Source: Bacteroidota bacterium | GTDB lineage: Bacteria; Bacteroidota; Bacteroidia; Bacteroidales; GCA-2748055 | NCBI GenBank assembly: GCA_030637895.1 | Contig: DAOWFP010000085.1 | Span: 1-47,840 of the forward strand | DNA: 47,840 nucleotides | Reading direction: 5' to 3' | Part shown: positions 34,346-41,937 of the stretch, piece after piece | How positions within the stretch are numbered: the first letter of the stretch is position 1 | Layout of the letters: every line of letters starts with the position of its first letter | The notes under the pieces: generated by a model | The model's input: the letters and a program-made list of their open reading frames with translations, nothing else | Database searches by the model: none | Told to the model about the DNA's origin: nothing | Program-made: the position numbers and the translations under genes

Positions 34346-35929
34346 ATGAATAAAAATTCCGTGGTTTTTATCGCTTTTGAACAGCGAGAAAACCTGGGGA
34401 TCGGATATATGCATGCTATCCTCTCCGGGGCTGGATACGAGGTAGGTATTATCGATGTCACGAAAGATAAGGCCGAAATACAGAAGGAGTTGCAGGAGCT
34501 GAATCCGGTGCTGGTTGGATTTTCGGTTATTTTTGAAAATCACATCTATGATTTCCAGGAGCTTATAGAATACCTGAGATCCAAGGGCATTCAAAGTCAT
34601 TTTACAGCGGGCGGCCACTTTGCCAGTCTGAGGCCCGCCGATCTTTTCGAGATTGCTCCCTCCCTTGATTCCATGGTCCGGTTTGAAGGCGAACATACTA
34701 TTCTCGATCTTGCAAATCACCTTCAACAGGACAAAGACTGGAAGAAGGTGCTTGGAATTTCCTACAGAAACAAAGGGGCCCTGGTAAACAATCAGCTGCG
34801 CCCTCTTGAGCCTGATCTTGATGCGTTTCCCCTCCCCTTTCGTCCAGAGATGAAAGAATATGCACTGGATAACAAATATGCCACGCTGCTTGCGGGGAGA
34901 GGTTGTATCTACAATTGTGCCTTCTGTGATATCAGGGAATTCTATGGGCAAGCTCCCGGACCTGTCAAACGAATCAGGAAACCGGAAAAGCTTGTTGAAG
35001 AGATGGAATACCTTCATAAGGAGCAAGACTGCTCTGTAGTTCTCTTCCAGGATGACGATTTTCCTCTGCTCACGAATCGATCATCCGATTGGGTGAAGGA
35101 ATTCTGTATGGCTCTCAGGGATAAGAACCTGGTTGGGAAGATCCTTTGGAAAATCAATTGCAGGCCCGATGAGGTGGATCTGGAGTTATTTGAATTAATG
35201 AAGGCGCACGGTTTGTTTAAAGTATACCTGGGCATTGAAGATGGCACCGATGCAGGATTAAAGCAAATGAATAAACGCCTCCAGGTATCTGATCATATGG
35301 AAGGGATTCAGATCTTAAAAGAACTTGGAATCAGCATCGATTATGGCTTCATGCTGTTCCAGCCTTCTTCCACTTACAAGCTGGTAAATGAAAACCTCGC
35401 TTTCCTGGAACAAATTTGCCAGGATGGCTACATGCCGGTTTTCTTCTTAAAAATGATGCCTTACCTGGCAACCAGGATTGAAAAGGAACTTAGAGAGGAA
35501 GGGCGCTTAAAAGGACGGCCTGGTTTTCTTGATTACGATTTCTACGAACAGTCCATGGACGATTTTTACTTCTTTGTAAGCGAAAGTTTCGGCACATGGT
35601 TCCATGGTCCCGGCGGATTAAACAATTACTCCAAATGGGTCGTAAACTATATAACCGTATTTAACTTCTTTATTGGATCCACTTCGGAGATTGAGCGTCT
35701 CACCGAAAGCATCCTGGAACAGGTAGCCGATTCAAACCACTTTCTTATCAAAACAATGAAAGAGCTGTCAGCTCTATTTGAATCCGGCAAGTACAGCATG
35801 GAAAATGATAGAATCCTGGATGAGTACAGAAGCTCAATTGAGCAAAAACACAGCTCTGCCCTTAAGATTGTTTCCGATCTTATTGTGAAGATCGAAGTGC
35901 ACCATCTCACAAAGGACCTCTTTGTCTAG
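34346..35929 (+). CDS. B12-binding-domain radical SAM enzyme (class B rSAM)
   Basis: The N-terminus has a Rossmann-like cobalamin-binding pattern: VVFIAFEQRENLGIGYMHAILSGAGYEVGIIDV...VLVGFSV. The radical SAM cluster motif CIYNCAFC (C.3C.2C) is at 34904-34927. There is no Cys-rich SPASM-like tail. The track start at 34337 is TTG; the ATG at 34346 is preferred. Confidence 0.9.
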   Translation: MNKNSVVFIAFEQRENLGIGYMHAILSGAGYEVGIIDVTKDKAEIQKELQELNPVLVGFSVIFENHIYDFQELIEYLRSKGIQSHFTAGGHFASLRPADLFEIAPSLDSMVRFEGEHTILDLANHLQQDKDWKKVLGISYRNKGALVNNQLRPLEPDLDAFPLPFRPEMKEYALDNKYATLLAGRGCIYNCAFCDIREFYGQAPGPVKRIRKPEKLVEEMEYLHKEQDCSVVLFQDDDFPLLTNRSSDWVKEFCMALRDKNLVGKILWKINCRPDEVDLELFELMKAHGLFKVYLGIEDGTDAGLKQMNKRLQVSDHMEGIQILKELGISIDYGFMLFQPSSTYKLVNENLAFLEQICQDGYMPVFFLKMMPYLATRIEKELREEGRLKGRPGFLDYDFYEQSMDDFYFFVSESFGTWFHGPGGLNNYSKWVVNYITVFNFFIGSTSEIERLTESILEQVADSNHFLIKTMKELSALFESGKYSMENDRILDEYRSSIEQKHSSALKIVSDLIVKIEVHHLTKDLFV

Positions 35930-36116
35930 CACATATAAATCCGTAATGAGGTTTCGTTCCAACTTTATCTCCGCAATTACTAGTCATATAAAACAGTTAA
36001 AATGTTTGTAATTACTTGAATACAGGCAACATTATTGCACTTTAATGGTTAATTTTCATAGTTGCTGCATACATGGCGTCATTTTTGATAATACCTGGAT
36101 ATAAACAATTGAAGAC

Positions 36117-37448
36117 ATGAAGGGAAAAACCCTCAAAACATATTTTGTTTCGGCACTAATATTTCTATTTGCACTTACTGCAGTTTCCCAGAGCAGGAAG
36201 GTTCCTGTATATAGCACCAGTGGGGACAATTTCGACTGTAAAGCCATGTCCTCAGCATACAGGACGTTTTTTAATGCTGATCTCTATCATACTGCCTACA
36301 TAACCTGGATTATAGCCTTTGATAATTGCCCGTCATCCAACAAAAGGATGTACCTGGATGGAGTCACCATGTACCGCTTCTTTATTGAAGAGGCCCCGGA
36401 AGGACCGGTCAGGGAAGGCCTGGTAGATACCCTGATGCTCATCTATGACCGCAGGATGGAAAATTTCGGAGAAGAAGGAAATGTCCTGGGCCGCAAAGGA
36501 AGAGATCTGCTTGCCTATCGTGGAAATGATATAGAACAGGTGCAGGAAGCCTATGAAATGCTTAGAATGAGCATTGAACTGCAAGGGAAGAAGTCTCAGG
36601 AATCCGTGTTACTCCTCAGCATAAAATCTGGTATTGCCCTGAACAATGTGGGAAGGATTGATGACAACCAGCTCATTGAGGATTATATCATAGCATCCGG
36701 AATCCTGATACAGCAGGAGAAAAGGAGCACCCGCTGGGAAAAAACCAAAGTGAAAATCGATGAGCTCATTCTAAACGAAGGTCTGCTTTCATGTGAAGCA
36801 TTCGACCAGTATTTTGAACCGCAATTTGAGGAGAATATGAACGATAAGCATTTCCTTAAGGAGATAGTAGCCATTTATAATACCTCAGGATGTGAGCGTT
36901 CGGATATCAATGTTGCAGCTTCAGAAAAACTGTACAGCTTTAAGCCCACTCCGGAATCTGCACATAAGTTGGCCATCCTGTTGATCACCGTGAACGAATA
37001 CGAAAAGGCAGCCGGGTATTTGAAAGAAGCCCTTCAAGGAGACAACATCGGCAGGGAAACCAGGGCAGAATGGAATTATGAATTGGCAGTAGTGAGCATA
37101 GGCTATGGGAATTATTGCGAGGCCATCGAGTATGCCCGGGAAGCGAACATGCTCAAGAGCGATTTCGGGAAAGCCTATATACTACTTGGAGATGCCTTCG
37201 TCGCTTCGCGTGAAAACCTTGGTGACGATTTCCAGCAGCGAACAGCTTTCTGGGCAGCTGCCGACATGTATCAAAAAGCCGCTTCGGTGGACCCTGACCT
37301 TGCAGAATCGGCTAACCAGAAGCTGGCTGAGTGCCGCAGTCTGTACCCTAACAACGAAGATATATTCTTCCGTGATTTAAAGAACGGGGATACCTACCTG
37401 GTTGGTGGATGCATCAAGGGATATACAACCGTACGATCCGATAGTTAG
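36117..37448 (+). CDS. Secreted all-helical, TPR-like protein, function unknown
   Basis: Signal MKGKTLKTYFVSALIFLFALTAVSQ. Helical repeat character, for example YEKAAGYLKEAL, YCEAIEYAREA, GKAYILLGDAF. Confidence 0.7.
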   Translation: MKGKTLKTYFVSALIFLFALTAVSQSRKVPVYSTSGDNFDCKAMSSAYRTFFNADLYHTAYITWIIAFDNCPSSNKRMYLDGVTMYRFFIEEAPEGPVREGLVDTLMLIYDRRMENFGEEGNVLGRKGRDLLAYRGNDIEQVQEAYEMLRMSIELQGKKSQESVLLLSIKSGIALNNVGRIDDNQLIEDYIIASGILIQQEKRSTRWEKTKVKIDELILNEGLLSCEAFDQYFEPQFEENMNDKHFLKEIVAIYNTSGCERSDINVAASEKLYSFKPTPESAHKLAILLITVNEYEKAAGYLKEALQGDNIGRETRAEWNYELAVVSIGYGNYCEAIEYAREANMLKSDFGKAYILLGDAFVASRENLGDDFQQRTAFWAAADMYQKAASVDPDLAESANQKLAECRSLYPNNEDIFFRDLKNGDTYLVGGCIKGYTTVRSDS

Positions 37449-37454
37449 TTGCTT

Positions 37455-38081
37455 TCAGATATTGGGGGGAGTTGGATCATTTTCCTTAATTCTTTTTCTG
37501 CAAATCCGTTCAATTTCAAATGCATTAGGAATTTTAGACATGTAGATCACATCCGGGACATATCTGTCTGGTCCGTTTTTTTTACTCACCATTTTGCCCG
37601 TTCTCATTTGAAGTGAAACATTGCCTTTATTAACATTACCATTTACTTCAATATCACCAGAAAACTGTTCCCAGTCTATGGATCTCATTTTTCCCTTATA
37701 ATAGTGTATTAATCTCATTGGTGTACCCACAAAATAACCTCCCTTTTTGAACGCTGAGGAAAAACCCCAATACAATATAGCAAGGCCAATTAATAAAAAG
37801 AATCCTATAATCAGAGCTGGCACCAGAATAGGGCCTAAATTGTCAGGACTGGCAACGGTAGGTACTCCGTTCGATTCAAAGTGAACTTCCTTTCCAACAA
37901 ATAAGGGCCCCAAAAAGGCAACTACAAAAATACCAGTAAATGCAGTCCATAAAGTCCCAAAAATAATGATGCCAAGTGAACTTTTGAGAGGATGAGCCCG
38001 ACCCGCCTTTACAGCAAAATCTTTGCGCTCAGAATCTATCATTCGGATCAAATCACGTGGCAATGGAACATTTCGCAGCAT
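37455..38081 (-). CDS. Two-TM membrane protein with a C-terminal bacterial PH-like (YdbS/YdbT-type) domain; tentative
   Basis: TM segments IIIFGTLWTAFTGIFVVAFLGPLFV and ILVPALIIGFFLLIGLAILYWGF, followed by a ~90-aa soluble tail. The architecture resembles bPH_2 proteins. The gene is AT-rich. Confidence 0.55.
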   Translation of the reverse strand: MLRNVPLPRDLIRMIDSERKDFAVKAGRAHPLKSSLGIIIFGTLWTAFTGIFVVAFLGPLFVGKEVHFESNGVPTVASPDNLGPILVPALIIGFFLLIGLAILYWGFSSAFKKGGYFVGTPMRLIHYYKGKMRSIDWEQFSGDIEVNGNVNKGNVSLQMRTGKMVSKKNGPDRYVPDVIYMSKIPNAFEIERICRKRIKENDPTPPNI

Positions 38082-38268
38082 AATGATTGGATTGTTTGTT
38101 ACTGAAAGTTAAGAAGATCAAAAGGAAAATGTAAGTGTTTGGTCGAATTTCTACTACTGCTGATGCAATGAGATCAATAAACGTGTTTTTTAATTGACTT
38201 AATATCATATTGGTCGTAATTTGACGTTATAGTGTAAATGCCGGATCAAAACCTAAAAAGCACCTATC

Positions 38269-38931
38269 ATGAAAAAAATATGCTTCCTGTTATTCCTAAG
38301 CTTCTCAACCCTAGCTTATTCTCAGGTTATTACAGAAGATGAGCTCAAATTGATGGTAAAAAGTGCTCAAGAGAAATGTGTTGGCGCTCACGAAAGCATT
38401 GTCCAGCGGACAAATGAGGAATTTGCAAAGTCAATCTGGGGTAAAAAGATCAGATTCAACGAAGCAAGCATTATTAGATTCTTCAACCATTCTGCTGGAG
38501 AAAAAGTCTCAGCTGGTGTTGATATTTTAAAGAGTTATCAAAATAATTGGGGCTACTCATATGATCAGAGTACAGCTGCGGACCTGTTAAAAGAAAATGG
38601 GCTAAGGATCTCAAAGTCTTACAATACCTTATGGATTATTGCCAGACAAGATTTGCTGTATGCCGAAAGTAAAACGGAGGGGAATAAGATCAGCTTAGAA
38701 TTATATTGTCCCCAGCAAAGATTTCTTGAGTTACTCAGAATCGGGCAGACTCAAAGCATCGAATTCTTAATCACCGGTTATAAGGGTGGTGTCTCTTCAA
38801 CAAACAAAATATACGGCGTGTTAACCGAGGTCCATACCGAAAAGCAGGTAATCAAATGTTCAAATGGGCATGAATTTGACAAGGCCCTTGGACATAAATT
38901 TTGTCCAACCTGCGGTGAGCCGATAGAATAA
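38269..38931 (+). CDS. Hypothetical protein with an N-terminal signal peptide and a C-terminal zinc-ribbon-like CxxxH...CPxCG motif
   Basis: MKKICFLLFLSFSTLAYSQ. The C-terminus is KCSNGHEFDKALGHKFCPTCGEPIE. Confidence 0.6.
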   Translation: MKKICFLLFLSFSTLAYSQVITEDELKLMVKSAQEKCVGAHESIVQRTNEEFAKSIWGKKIRFNEASIIRFFNHSAGEKVSAGVDILKSYQNNWGYSYDQSTAADLLKENGLRISKSYNTLWIIARQDLLYAESKTEGNKISLELYCPQQRFLELLRIGQTQSIEFLITGYKGGVSSTNKIYGVLTEVHTEKQVIKCSNGHEFDKALGHKFCPTCGEPIE

Positions 38932-39151
38932 TATATTCAAACTGCTTGTCCTTTCATTTTTTATTGCGTTTCCTCTTGCCTGGTACGCAATCTATCGCTG
39001 GTTGCAGGAGTTTGCCTATCGCATTGATATTGAATGGTGGATATTTGCATTGTCCGGATTAACAGTATTGCTGATTGCTTACCTGGCTATTGGAAAACAA
39101 TCCATCAAGGCTGCCCTGGTCAATCCGGTCGACAGCCTGGGATCGGAATGA
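38927..39151 (+). pseudogene. Remnant of the C-terminal ~70 aa of a MacB/FtsX-type ABC transporter permease; no start codon and no upstream part
   Basis: The frame containing position 38927 reads NNIFKLLVLSFFIAFPLAWYAIYRWLQEFAYRIDIEWWIFALSGLTVLLIAYLAIGKQSIKAALVNPVDSLGSE*. This is the characteristic ending of Bacteroidota FtsX permeases (W.LQ.FAYRI.I.WW.F......IA......Q.IKAA..NPV.SL..E). The frame is opened by a TAG at 38924-38926, inside the preceding gene. Confidence 0.7.
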
Positions 39152-39175
39152 TGTCTGGAGCCAACACCGCACCGT

Positions 39176-39760
39176 TCATTCAATCTCAATAACGCTGTCA
39201 GCATTATCAAAAATGGTCTTTACCATAGCCTGCCATTTCAACGGAAAGAGTTTCTTGCTTTCTTCAGTAGCATCGGGACCCAGGGCCATTTGCATCACAG
39301 CACCGGAATTAACCACCTTTGTAGGATCATAGCTTACCTCCACACTCTCGAAAGTATCAAGTCGTGTAAAACGCACATTTGATGAAATCTCTACACCGTA
39401 AAACAAAAGTCCCCTACGGTCATACTTACCATTTATCCCGCGGAATCCGGAATCTGCAGTTGCCCCGGTAATATTTGACAACACCTGTGCAGCGGCTCCT
39501 GTATTTCCTACCTGCAAAGATTCCCGCAATTCTACCCTGATCTCCCCTCTCCTGGGCAGTTCTGTTCCATAAAGCTTTTTAAGCCCTTTCAGCGCCATAA
39601 GATATGTGCCGCTTACAAGAACGCAGCTATGGCCAGCCATTTTCACTATATCGAGGTAGGAAATATCAATCATTCCTTCCTCGCTTGATCCAAGAAAACT
39701 ACTTAGTTCATCCCTAAGGATGATGTGCTCAACTTCATTATAAAATTTGGGATATTCCAT
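39176..39760 (-). CDS. Hypothetical cytoplasmic protein; weak FmdE-like resemblance
   Basis: A clean 194-aa ORF. MAGHSCVLVSGTY is loosely reminiscent of the GH.CPG motif of FmdE-family proteins. The function is not supported beyond that. Confidence 0.6.
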   Translation of the reverse strand: MEYPKFYNEVEHIILRDELSSFLGSSEEGMIDISYLDIVKMAGHSCVLVSGTYLMALKGLKKLYGTELPRRGEIRVELRESLQVGNTGAAAQVLSNITGATADSGFRGINGKYDRRGLLFYGVEISSNVRFTRLDTFESVEVSYDPTKVVNSGAVMQMALGPDATEESKKLFPLKWQAMVKTIFDNADSVIEIE

Positions 39761-39890
39761 AGTAATGTAGATAACACAGGAAATTCAATTTTGTTATCTG
39801 AGTAGCCCGGTTCTTGACTACAATGCACATTTGCTTATTATCGATTATATATCCATTTTTGAGTCTAGTTCTTTATTTAAAACTTTCATT

Positions 39891-41204
39891 ATGAAATACA
39901 TATTCCTACTTGCTGCATTGATTATTTGCATTAGCTGTCAAACCTACAATAAACAGAATGATGTCGCAGTCATGTTTCGTGGAGATCCAACACATTCGGC
40001 CAAATACTCTGAGCCCCCCATTCACACCCTCCACGGTACCAAATGGAAAACAACGCTTGAAGGCAATGTATTAGCATCTCCGGCCATTTACCGGGATGCT
40101 GTCTATATTGGCAGCAGTGAAAAGTTCTACGCATTGGAGGCCGAAACCGGGGAACAGATCTGGTCGATAAAGGTGGAAGGTGCGGCGCATTCTTCTCCGG
40201 CTGTTTACAATAAGGTGGTCTATTTTGGCGATTTCAGCGGGAAATTTTATGCGGTCAATACGGATGATGGTTCATTAAAGTGGACGTTTTTTGCAGAAGG
40301 GGAACGGAAATTTGGCGCCTTTGGCTTGCATGGAATGCAGCCAAAAGATCAATTTTTTACAGATGATTGGGATTTCTTTAATTCTTCTCCAACCATCAAC
40401 AACGACAAAATTTACTTTGGTTCAGGGAATGGGAAAATCTATGCCCTGGATCTGGAAACCGGAAACGAAGTCTGGTCATTTCAGACGGGGGAGGTATCAC
40501 ACACATCCCCGGCCATTGCCTATGGAAATGTTTATGCAGGAAGCTGGGATAGCTATTTATATTGCATTGATGCGGAAACAGGTGATAAGAAATGGAATTA
40601 TCAGACAGGAATTGATACCGTTTATTACAACCAGGTGGGAATCCAATCTTCTCCATTAGTTGCAGACAGCACCGTTTACTTTGGTTGCAGAGATGCCCAT
40701 GTATATGCCCTGAATGCCATTACAGGAGAACTCCAGTGGAAGAGATTCAATAATTATTCATGGGTGATTGCCTCTCCTGTCATTGATGAAGATAAGCTCT
40801 ATTACACCACCTCCGATTCACAGGAGTTCACAGCGCTTAATCGACAAACAGGAGATAGTCTGTACACTTTATCTACCAAAAGCTATGGTTTCTCATCCCC
40901 AATTTTAATGGGCGATATGATTTATTATGGTGTATTTAACGGCGATCTTGTGGCTGTTGACACCAAAACCAAAAGCGAGGCTTGGAGATTTCAGACCGAT
41001 GAAGCAAAGGAAGATAAAATGCAGATAATCAACGAAGATGGAACCCTCAACCTGGAAAAAGTTTTTGCTAATGTCAGCGTGGAAAATATGCCCATGGTAT
41101 TTGAATTGCTATTTTCGGCGGGTGCCATACTTTCCACACCGGCCCCCTATGAAAATTCACTGATTTTCGGAACTGCAGACGGGCATGTATATGCCATTTA
41201 TTGA
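39891..41204 (+). CDS. Lipoprotein PQQ-like beta-propeller repeat protein (fourth paralog in the window)
   Basis: The ATG at 39891 gives MKYIFLLAALIICISC. The track start at 39831 is upstream. Blades: QIWSIK, LKWTFF, EVWSFQ, KKWNYQ, LQWKRF, EAWRFQ, each with V/IY(F/A)G strands. Confidence 0.8.
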   Translation: MKYIFLLAALIICISCQTYNKQNDVAVMFRGDPTHSAKYSEPPIHTLHGTKWKTTLEGNVLASPAIYRDAVYIGSSEKFYALEAETGEQIWSIKVEGAAHSSPAVYNKVVYFGDFSGKFYAVNTDDGSLKWTFFAEGERKFGAFGLHGMQPKDQFFTDDWDFFNSSPTINNDKIYFGSGNGKIYALDLETGNEVWSFQTGEVSHTSPAIAYGNVYAGSWDSYLYCIDAETGDKKWNYQTGIDTVYYNQVGIQSSPLVADSTVYFGCRDAHVYALNAITGELQWKRFNNYSWVIASPVIDEDKLYYTTSDSQEFTALNRQTGDSLYTLSTKSYGFSSPILMGDMIYYGVFNGDLVAVDTKTKSEAWRFQTDEAKEDKMQIINEDGTLNLEKVFANVSVENMPMVFELLFSAGAILSTPAPYENSLIFGTADGHVYAIY

Positions 41205-41244
41205 TGGGTGCCTTTACTACGAATGCTATTTTAAGAATGCCTTT

Positions 41245-41667
41245 TTAAGGATTTGGTATATTATATTCTAATACTCCTCCCCAAAGGACACCATTACTAG
41301 AATATGTAGTTTCAGCAACAACTGCACCATCATTATATATCTTAAGAACCAATGTTGATCCGTTATGGCCGGTTGCTATTGCAGATAATTTCACTGGATG
41401 TCCAACGCATGTGTTGGTAAGATATGATTGAGGTAACACACTACCCGGATTTGATACAGATTCCCAAACCAAAAGGTTAGGATCATCGGGATCAGAGTAT
41501 TTTAAATCACCATAGGTGATCTCTGCAAACTCTACATCACCTGAACCAATTACTTCATAAGTAATGTCAGTAAATAATTCTGGGTCATCTGGTGGGACTA
41601 TAATATCACCTTTCTCACATCCAATCATTCCAATGAGAACAATACTTAATAAAATATTTCTTTTCAT
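41245..41667 (-). CDS. Hypothetical small lipoprotein
   Basis: MKRNILLSIVLIGMIGC lipobox. 140-aa ORF, AT-rich. Confidence 0.6.
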   Translation of the reverse strand: MKRNILLSIVLIGMIGCEKGDIIVPPDDPELFTDITYEVIGSGDVEFAEITYGDLKYSDPDDPNLLVWESVSNPGSVLPQSYLTNTCVGHPVKLSAIATGHNGSTLVLKIYNDGAVVAETTYSSNGVLWGGVLEYNIPNP

Positions 41668-41777
41668 GACTTTTCAGTTTAAATTCAATAAAAAGATCTC
41701 ATTCAATTGTACGAATTAAACCAAGCATTGTTACATACTGAAATACAGAACGTTATTTACATATGCTTGTCAATCCA

Positions 41778-41786
41778 GGGGGGGGG
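41778..41786. repeat. Homopolymeric G9 tract in a divergent intergenic region
   Basis: Read directly: caatccaGGGGGGGGGtaaaacc. It lies 111 nt from the start of the minus-strand lipoprotein gene and 152 nt upstream of the ATG at 41938. Confidence 0.9.
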
Positions 41787-41937
41787 TAAAACCAGCAGAG
41801 CAGGTATTCCTGAATTTCAGAAACCGGAAGAACAATTTGATCCACCCGTACGTGTGATTGCAGCCCTGATTGTCATATAAGTAGAACAGCATGAGAAATC
41901 AGTAAAAACATATTTGCTTCCCTTAAAAATTAATGAG

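Noticed and set aside
34331-35026. 231-aa minus-strand ORF overlapping the 5' third of the radical SAM gene
   Set aside because: It is antisense to the region encoding the B12-binding domain and the CX3CX2C motif. Its sequence is low-complexity and without motifs, so I treat it as a shadow ORF.
39075-39332. 85-aa plus-strand ORF (TTG start) spanning the FtsX remnant and the 3' end of the next gene
   Set aside because: It is out of frame with the recognisable FtsX C-terminal sequence and antisense to the 39176-39760 gene. The true signal here is the start-less remnant in the other frame.
41738-41820. 7-bp inverted repeat (ctgaaat ... atttcag) flanking the G9 tract, considered as a possible invertible promoter
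   Set aside because: It is far too short and imperfect beyond 7 bp, and no invertase or recombinase gene is nearby. It is expected by chance in AT-rich DNA.
21920-41937. Upstream non-ATG or extended starts proposed by the track (21920 TTG, 22793 GTG, 25743 GTG, 31726 TTG, 34337 TTG, 39831, 41914 TTG; likewise 5554 TTG and 47777 outside this span)
   Set aside because: In each case a downstream ATG yields a canonical signal peptide, lipobox or family-typical N-terminus. In addition, 22793 would start within the terminator region. I moved the starts, but they remain unverified.
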